Shown here piece after piece: positions 58,460 through 64,000 of a stretch of 64,000 bases of DNA. Below the pieces are notes generated by a model. That model saw only the letters and a list, made by a program, of their open reading frames with translations, was not told the DNA's origin and ran no database searches. Numbering within the stretch: the first letter of the stretch is position 1; each line of letters opens with the position of its first letter. The position numbers and the translations under genes were made by a program. Origin of the DNA: an uncultured Lachnoclostridium sp. (GTDB taxonomy: Bacteria; Bacillota; Clostridia; Lachnospirales; Lachnospiraceae); the NCBI GenBank assembly GCA_946415315.1, contig CAMKRZ010000006.1:4168-68167 (forward strand). Reading direction: 5' to 3'.

Positions 58460-60241
58460 TTACTCGACATCCTGCAATGCGTCGTAGCCTTCCTCACCGG
58501 TACGAACCTTGACGACATTTTCCACATCGTACACGAAGATCTTGCCGTCGCCGATATGGCCGGTGTAAAGAACCTTCTTCGCCGTCTCGATGACGCTTCG
58601 TACAGGAACCTTGCTGACGACGATGTCAACCTGGATCTTCGGAAGCAGGGTCGCCTCAACCGGAACGCCACGGTAGTACTCCGGGGTACCCTTCTGAGCA
58701 CCGCAGCCGAGTACGTGCGATACCGTCATACCTGTGATACCGAGATCCATCATTGCGTTCTTCAGGCTCTCCAGGCGGGTCTCCTTGCACACGATCTCGA
58801 TCTTCGTGAACTTCGGCGAACCGTCGTCGAACGTCGGAACTTTGTGTACCGGGATTGCCTCGGCAACCGGAGTGTCACCCGCGACAACCACGGGAGCCTC
58901 TGCCGCTGCCGCATCACCTGCGAAGGCGAGCAAACCGTAATCGATGCTGCCGACTGCCGGCATGAAATCCGCATATGCGGCGGGCAGGCCGTGCTCGGTG
59001 CTGTCCAGGCCGCGGATCTCCTCCTCCGCCGAAACACGGAGGCCGATGGTCTTCTTGATGATCATGAAGGTGATCAGCATCATCACGGTCGTCCATGCAA
59101 GGATACATACGATACCAAGCGTCTGAATGCCTAACAGCTTGGGACTACCGGTGTAGAACAGGCCCTTCAGTCCGGCAGGAGCATCCGGGTTTGCCAGCAG
59201 ACCGACTGCGATCGTGCCCCAGACACCGTTTGCAAAATGAACACCTACGGCACCGACCGGATCGTCGATGTGAAGCTTCAGGTCCAGGAACTCAACAATA
59301 ACAACTACCAGAATACCGGATACGATACCGACGATGACCGACCCGAGAGCATCCAGCGCGTCACAGCCTGCGGTGATACCGACAAGACCTGCCAGCGAGC
59401 CGTTCAGACACATCGAAACATCGGGTTTGCCGTTCTTGATCCAGGTGTACAGCATTGTCACAACCGTGGCAACCGCCGGAGCGATCGTCGTGGTGACGAA
59501 GATGGAGGCCAGGGAGTTCTGATCCCATGCAGCTGCACCGTTAAAGCCGTACCAGCCGAACCACAGGATAAAGCAACCGAGAGCACCGAGTGTGATCGCA
59601 TGGCCGGGAATAGCGTTAACTTTCTTGACCTTGCCCTTTTCGTCGCGAACGTATTTTCCGAGACGAGGGCCGACCAGGATGGCACCGATCAAAGCGGTGA
59701 TACCGCCGACGGAGTGGATCGCTGCGGAACCTGCGAAATCATGGAAGCCCATTTTCACAAGCCAGCCCTGCGAGTTCCAGACCCAGCCGGCCTCGACCGG
59801 ATAGACAAACAAGGAAATCACACCGGAGTAAATGCAATACGAGACAAACTTCGTGCGCTCTGCCATGGCGCCCGACACGATCGTCGCCGCCGTCGCGCAG
59901 AACACAAGGTTGAATACGAACGTCGGAGCATTGCCGGCCTTCAGAAAGCCGCCGAAATCCGTAAGGATCTTCAGATTCGGAACTCCGATTACACCACCCA
60001 CATAGTCTTCCGCACACATCAGGCTGAAACCGAGGAGAACAAACACAACGGTGCCGATGCAGAAGTCCATGAGGTTCTTCATGATGATATTGCCCGCATT
60101 TTTCGCGCGGGTGAAACCGGTCTCCACCATGGCAAATCCGGCTTGCATAAAGAATACGAGTGCGGCGCCGATCAAAAACCAGACGGCAAACACCTCGCCG
60201 TCCACGGTCTCTTCCAAAATCTTGGTCAATTCTTCTGACAT
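58460..60241 (-). CDS. amt: Ammonium transporter (Amt) fused to a C-terminal PII (GlnK/GlnB) domain
   Basis: Start chosen at ATG 60241. Amt motifs FMQAGFAMVETGFTRAKN and AIHSVGG are present. After an Ala/Pro linker the last ~112 aa read KIEIVCKETRLESLKNAMMDLGITGMTVSHVLGCGAQKGTPEYYRG...DGKIFVYDVENVVKVRTGE, a complete PII fold with a T-loop Tyr. Confidence 0.9.
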   Translation of the reverse strand: MSEELTKILEETVDGEVFAVWFLIGAALVFFMQAGFAMVETGFTRAKNAGNIIMKNLMDFCIGTVVFVLLGFSLMCAEDYVGGVIGVPNLKILTDFGGFLKAGNAPTFVFNLVFCATAATIVSGAMAERTKFVSYCIYSGVISLFVYPVEAGWVWNSQGWLVKMGFHDFAGSAAIHSVGGITALIGAILVGPRLGKYVRDEKGKVKKVNAIPGHAITLGALGCFILWFGWYGFNGAAAWDQNSLASIFVTTTIAPAVATVVTMLYTWIKNGKPDVSMCLNGSLAGLVGITAGCDALDALGSVIVGIVSGILVVVIVEFLDLKLHIDDPVGAVGVHFANGVWGTIAVGLLANPDAPAGLKGLFYTGSPKLLGIQTLGIVCILAWTTVMMLITFMIIKKTIGLRVSAEEEIRGLDSTEHGLPAAYADFMPAVGSIDYGLLAFAGDAAAAEAPVVVAGDTPVAEAIPVHKVPTFDDGSPKFTKIEIVCKETRLESLKNAMMDLGITGMTVSHVLGCGAQKGTPEYYRGVPVEATLLPKIQVDIVVSKVPVRSVIETAKKVLYTGHIGDGKIFVYDVENVVKVRTGEEGYDALQDVE

Positions 60242-60389
60242 ACTGTCCACTTCCTTTGCATTTTTTCCCCTAATACATATAGCTTCCTGAATTTGTCCCT
60301 GCACGCCGGCGCGAGTCACGCTCGCAAGACACTATCAGCGTTCATCGCGCCGACCTGCGCAGGTGTTGGATAATGAAAGTAATTGTCGG

Positions 60390-62486
60390 TTATTTTACGC
60401 CGAAGAGCAGCTCTCCGTAGGTCGGGAACGGCCAGTAGCTGCGGGCCGTGATCACTTCCGCCTGGTCGCACGGGATACGGAGCTCGGTCATCTTCGGAAG
60501 CAGAAGGTCTCTGACCTTCGCGGACTCCTCGAAAATATCCTTCGCCTCGCCGACAGCCAGGATGGCCTCCGACAGAGCGTCCGTCCGGATGCTGATCGCA
60601 TCCGTCAGGGACGAAAGCTTCTTCACGAGATCGCTCTCATAGCAGCAGCACAGATCCGGCACAACCGCCTTCTTCGCAGCAGCTGCCTTGGCCACATGGC
60701 AGGCGTACGACTCGATCGCCGGTGCGATCATCGTGCGGGCCATATCGACCATCGTGTTCGCCTCGATGATCACGCTCTTGCAGTAGTTCTCAAGCATGAT
60801 GTCCGTTCTGGAGCGAAGCTCCTCCTCGGAAAATACGCCCAAACCGGTGAGCATCGTCACGTTCTTCTCATCCAGCAGGTGCGGCATGCAGTCCGCCGTT
60901 GTGCGGTAGTTGAGAAGGCCTCTCTTCTCGGTCGCTTCCTTGATCCACGCATCGTCGTAGCCGTTGCCGTTGAAAATGATGCGCTTGTGATCACGGATCG
61001 TCTTGCGGATCATCTCATGCAGCGCCGTCTCGAAGTCCTCTGCCTTCTCCAAACGGTCTGCGTAGATGCGAAGGCTCTCAGCCACAGCCGCGTTGAGCAT
61101 GATGTTCGCGCAGGCGATGCTGTTCGAGGAACCGAGCATACGGAACTCGAACTTGTTGCCGGTAAATGCGAACGGCGACGTACGGTTGCGGTCCGTCGTA
61201 TCGCGGTTGAACTTCGGAAGGACATCCACGCCGAGGCGCATCTCCTTCTTCTCCGTACCTGCGTAAGGAGTGTCGTTCTCGATCGCTTCCATGACGGCAT
61301 TGAGCTCGTCGCCGAGGAAGATTGAGATAACTGCGGGCGGTGCCTCGTTCGCGCCGAGACGGTGATCGTTGCCCGCGGTAGCTACCGAGAGACGAAGCAG
61401 ATCCTGGTAATCGTCGACTGCCTTGATGACAGCGCACAGGAACAGCAGGAACTGAGCATTTTCATAAGGCGTCTCGCCCGGGGAAAGAAGGTTCTGTCCG
61501 CGGTCAGTTGCGATCGACCAGTTGTTGTGCTTGCCGGAGCCGTTGACACCTGCGAACGGCTTCTCATGAAGCAGACATACAAGGCCGTGCTTGGCGGCTA
61601 CCTTCTGCATGATCTCCATCGTCAACTGGTTGTGATCGGTTGCGATGTTGGTCGTCGAGTAGATCGGTGCAAGCTCATGCTGCGCCGGAGCAACCTCGTT
61701 GTGCTCCGTCTTGGCAAGGATGCCGAGCTTCCAGAGCTCATCGTTGAGATCTTCCATGAAAGCTGCAACTCTGGGCTTGATCACACCGAAGTAATGATCG
61801 TCCATCTCCTGTCCCTTCGGAGGCTTTGCACCGAAGAGCGTGCGGCCGGTGAAGCACAGGTCGGGACGCTTGTCAAACATTTCCTTTGTAACAAGGAAGT
61901 ACTCCTGCTCCGGGCCGACCGAGGAGACAACACGCTTCGCGGTCTTGTTGCCGAAGAGCTTCAGAATGCGGAGTGCCTGCTTGCTCAGCACTTCCATCGA
62001 ACGCAGCAGAGGCGTCTTCTTGTCGAGCGCCGGGCCGCCGTACGAACAGAACGCGGTCGGGATGCAGAGCGTCTTTCCTTTGATAAATGCGTAAGAGGTA
62101 GGATCCCACGCGGTGTAACCTCTCGCCTCGAACGTTGCGCGAAGACCGCCACTCGGGAACGAGGATGCGTCCGGCTCACCCTTGATGAGTTCCCTGCCGG
62201 AGAACTCCATGATCACGCTTCCGTCCGGAGCCGGGCTGATGAAGCTGTCATGCTTCTCTGCAGTGATACCGGTGAGCGGCTGGAACCAGTGCGTAAAATG
62301 TGTCGCACCTTTCTCCACTGCCCAATTCTTCATCGCCTCCGCTACCGCGTTGGCCACGCTGATGTCGAGTTCCTTGCCCTCGTCGATCGTCTTGCGAAGA
62401 GAACGATACACATCCGCCGAAAGATTGGCGCGCATCACTCTGTCGTCAAAAACCATGCTTCCGAAGTAATCCGATACTGTTTTCAT
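60390..62486 (-). CDS. Glutamine synthetase type III
   Basis: Start chosen at ATG 62486 (AAGGAGG upstream); the track ORF extension runs through the leader. MKTVSDYFGSMVFDDRVM...ATHFTHWFQPLTGITAEKHDSF is the GSIII-specific N-terminal signature. The length of ~698 aa fits GSIII. Confidence 0.93.
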   Translation of the reverse strand: MKTVSDYFGSMVFDDRVMRANLSADVYRSLRKTIDEGKELDISVANAVAEAMKNWAVEKGATHFTHWFQPLTGITAEKHDSFISPAPDGSVIMEFSGRELIKGEPDASSFPSGGLRATFEARGYTAWDPTSYAFIKGKTLCIPTAFCSYGGPALDKKTPLLRSMEVLSKQALRILKLFGNKTAKRVVSSVGPEQEYFLVTKEMFDKRPDLCFTGRTLFGAKPPKGQEMDDHYFGVIKPRVAAFMEDLNDELWKLGILAKTEHNEVAPAQHELAPIYSTTNIATDHNQLTMEIMQKVAAKHGLVCLLHEKPFAGVNGSGKHNNWSIATDRGQNLLSPGETPYENAQFLLFLCAVIKAVDDYQDLLRLSVATAGNDHRLGANEAPPAVISIFLGDELNAVMEAIENDTPYAGTEKKEMRLGVDVLPKFNRDTTDRNRTSPFAFTGNKFEFRMLGSSNSIACANIMLNAAVAESLRIYADRLEKAEDFETALHEMIRKTIRDHKRIIFNGNGYDDAWIKEATEKRGLLNYRTTADCMPHLLDEKNVTMLTGLGVFSEEELRSRTDIMLENYCKSVIIEANTMVDMARTMIAPAIESYACHVAKAAAAKKAVVPDLCCCYESDLVKKLSSLTDAISIRTDALSEAILAVGEAKDIFEESAKVRDLLLPKMTELRIPCDQAEVITARSYWPFPTYGELLFGVK

Positions 62487-62507
62487 GTTGTCCTCCTTGT
62501 TTGTAAA

Positions 62508-62557
62508 CTGAAAAGGGGCAAAGGCACTTCCGCTGTAACGGAAAGACGCCTTTGCCC
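62508..62557 (-). terminator. Leader terminator T2, immediately upstream of the glutamine synthetase RBS
   Basis: Minus strand GGGCAAAGGC-g-UCUUUCCG-uuacag-CGGAAG-u-GCCUUUGCCC followed by CUUUUCAGUUU. Confidence 0.7.
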
Positions 62558-62670
62558 TTCTCTTTTCATTTTGTGTGATGTGTGATTGTCTGTCCTTTGA
62601 CATCGTCGGATCTTCGGTACCGATCACGACAATGTACACTTCATAAGGACTGCATTCACCGTTCCCGGTG

Positions 62671-62712
62671 AAAAAGAAAAAGCGTCTCTGAGTCCGAAAA
62701 CTCAAAGACGCC
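62671..62712 (-). terminator. Leader terminator T1, about 12 nt downstream of the predicted transcription start
   Basis: Minus strand GGCGUCUUUGAGU-uuucg-GACUCAGAGACGC followed by UUUUUCUUUUU. Confidence 0.75.
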
Positions 62713-62730
62713 ATTGCCTTTATGTGCCGG

Positions 62731-62759
62731 ATTATACACCCGGGTTTTGGGGTTGTCAA
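62731..62759 (-). promoter_or_regulatory. Full-consensus promoter upstream of the glutamine synthetase leader
   Basis: Minus strand TTGACA (62759..62754), 17 nt, TATAAT (62736..62731). Confidence 0.8.
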
Positions 62760-62845
62760 CCCCCATTTTTCAAAAATTCTCCGGGAACCATTGTTTCGCG
62801 ACAGTTCGTCCGGATAAGGCCCTTGATGTTTCCTCTCCGGGGTAT

Positions 62846-64000
62846 CTATTGCTGTTCCAACCATTCCTCATAAACTTGTTTTTTCTTTATCATCAGGCTG
62901 TAAAAATACACATGATAATTATAGTTGGCACCCACCGGTATCCGCAGGCTTTCCAGCTGTTTCTTTGTCACCTCGACACAGATGTACGGGCCGTAACCGG
63001 AGAAATCTTCCTTGACTTCCACAACGGTCCATCCCTTGTCGTAAATTGTTTCGATCGATCCCTCCAGGTTTTTCCGGGTGGTCTCTTCATCCCGCTGTTG
63101 ATATACACCGATCGAATACGGCACGATCGCTACCTTTACATACTCATCGTCAGCCATCCATAAAAGAGCCACGGGCAATCGACCAACCGACAGATCAACC
63201 ACTCCTCCGTCGGGTGATTCCGGGGGCGCAAAGCCGGGATCGTTCGGAGCATCATAGACATTTTTCCCGTTGATCGCGTCAACTACGATGATCTCGTCTT
63301 CCTCCCACCAGCCGATTTCAGAGCAGCTGCGGATCCCGTAAACAAGGGAATCCCGAGTCAGCTCCAGGACCGTTGAATACGGTACATTCATGGCAAGGAC
63401 ACATCCTTTATTCATTACCTGATTCAGATATATGTATGGCTGAATATCCGGATGCTTCTGCAGGAATTGCTGCCGTTTCACCAGCCAGTCATCATACCGC
63501 GTCTCCCATGGTTCCGAATCCTCGTTCCAGTCCGGGTCAAAAACGATCCAGACTTTGATGCTTTCCTCGGAATCGCGGAACGCACGAACCTCCTCCGAAA
63601 TGATGTCCTCACGGATCTCACCCGGATGTACCTCCTTGAGATACATCGTCAGCCACTCCTCGGAGATGAACCGGTTCCATCGGTTGAACTCCGAAGTCTT
63701 GCCGTAATCCTCATAAGACACAAACGGGTTGGTATCTCCGCCGAGAGTCTCCGCGTCAAAGCGTCCCGACCGATACATCAGATCCCACGTCTCCGCATTA
63801 GTATACAAATCTTCAATGTCATCCATGGTGTATGTGTAATCATTGCGATAGAAATACACCTGCCCGTCGATCACCATCCGCCGCATCCATGAGCTTATCC
63901 CGTATGTTGCATAATACGTGCGGTACGCCGCAGGATCCACACCGGCCGGGTACGTAAACTCATCGTCTTCTTTCTTCTCGACCAGCCCTATGAGGATCTC
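62846..64000 (-). CDS. Hypothetical protein, 5'-truncated by the window edge
   Basis: The frame of track ORF 62846..63940 stays open through to position 64000 (hand check gives EILIGLVEKKEDDEFTYPAG upstream of the listed start). It is Trp/Tyr/Asp/Glu-rich and no family is recognised. The region is AT-richer than its surroundings. Confidence 0.6.
   Translation of the reverse strand, partial: EILIGLVEKKEDDEFTYPAGVDPAAYRTYYATYGISSWMRRMVIDGQVYFYRNDYTYTMDDIEDLYTNAETWDLMYRSGRFDAETLGGDTNPFVSYEDYGKTSEFNRWNRFISEEWLTMYLKEVHPGEIREDIISEEVRAFRDSEESIKVWIVFDPDWNEDSEPWETRYDDWLVKRQQFLQKHPDIQPYIYLNQVMNKGCVLAMNVPYSTVLELTRDSLVYGIRSCSEIGWWEEDEIIVVDAINGKNVYDAPNDPGFAPPESPDGGVVDLSVGRLPVALLWMADDEYVKVAIVPYSIGVYQQRDEETTRKNLEGSIETIYDKGWTVVEVKEDFSGYGPYICVEVTKKQLESLRIPVGANYNYHVYFYSLMIKKKQVYEEWLEQQ

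Noticed and set aside
60242-60389. Glutamine riboswitch or GlnR/TnrA box upstream of the Amt-PII gene, and the 12-bp palindrome ACCTGCGCAGGT (60353..60364)
   Set aside because: The CGTTCATC-like string is on the wrong strand. TGTCT-N7-GTGAC only half-matches TGTNA-N7-TNACA. The palindrome is short enough to be chance in GC-rich DNA.
62508-62712. ANTAR-type dual-hairpin target in the GSIII leader
   Set aside because: ANTAR substrates have two small stem-loops with hexaloops carrying A at position 1 and G at position 4. The only hexaloop here is UUACAG, and the tandem arrangement is missing.

Overview
This window looks like chromosome from a high-GC, anaerobic Firmicutes/Clostridia-type organism. 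Supporting signs are AGGAGG-type ribosome-binding sites, a T-box leader, a Gram-positive Cheo-type LexA box, ferredoxin-dependent oxidoreductases and radical SAM enzymes. I call about 60 protein genes, almost all on the minus strand. I saw no rRNA, tRNA, CRISPR array or recognisable mobile element.

Gene order, left to right in window coordinates:
- A partial membrane protein with a long acidic repeat region (missing from the ORF track because it runs off the window edge).
- A four-subunit 2-oxoacid:ferredoxin oxidoreductase, a P-loop NTPase and an HTH-cupin/acyl-CoA-synthetase fusion, all behind a T-box leader.
- An ECF sigma, anti-sigma, lipoprotein, MBOAT and DHHW envelope operon.
- A DUF3990-like plus HTH gene pair, then a second ECF sigma/anti-sigma pair.
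- An AT-richer islet carrying a YD-repeat protein.
- SOS-boxed dinB, then TetR, an orphan response regulator, rsmJ, a large NlpC/P60 surface protein and a GH43 enzyme.
- nifS-nifU with a divergent Rrf2 regulator, a CMD/AhpD-like protein and an Fe-ADH.
- An mccB/mccA-like plus metNIQ operon.
- A permease, three B12-radical-SAM genes and a GNAT-like gene.
- dapL-carB-carA-purF-pyrG-asnB, an Amt-PII fusion, type III glutamine synthetase and a partial hypothetical gene.

The four most interesting items:
1. An uncharacterised five-gene operon with three paralogous cobalamin-type radical SAM enzymes.
2. A Cys-codon leader-peptide attenuator, with a clear terminator/antiterminator alternative, in front of the Met-to-Cys/Met-uptake operon.
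3. A T-box leader controlling an acyl-CoA synthetase plus oxoacid:ferredoxin oxidoreductase. This could be amino-acid synthesis by reductive carboxylation.
4. A consensus promoter followed by two sequence-related terminators in the glutamine synthetase leader.

All coordinates and RNA folds were derived by hand from the sequence. Nothing was searched against a database or computed.
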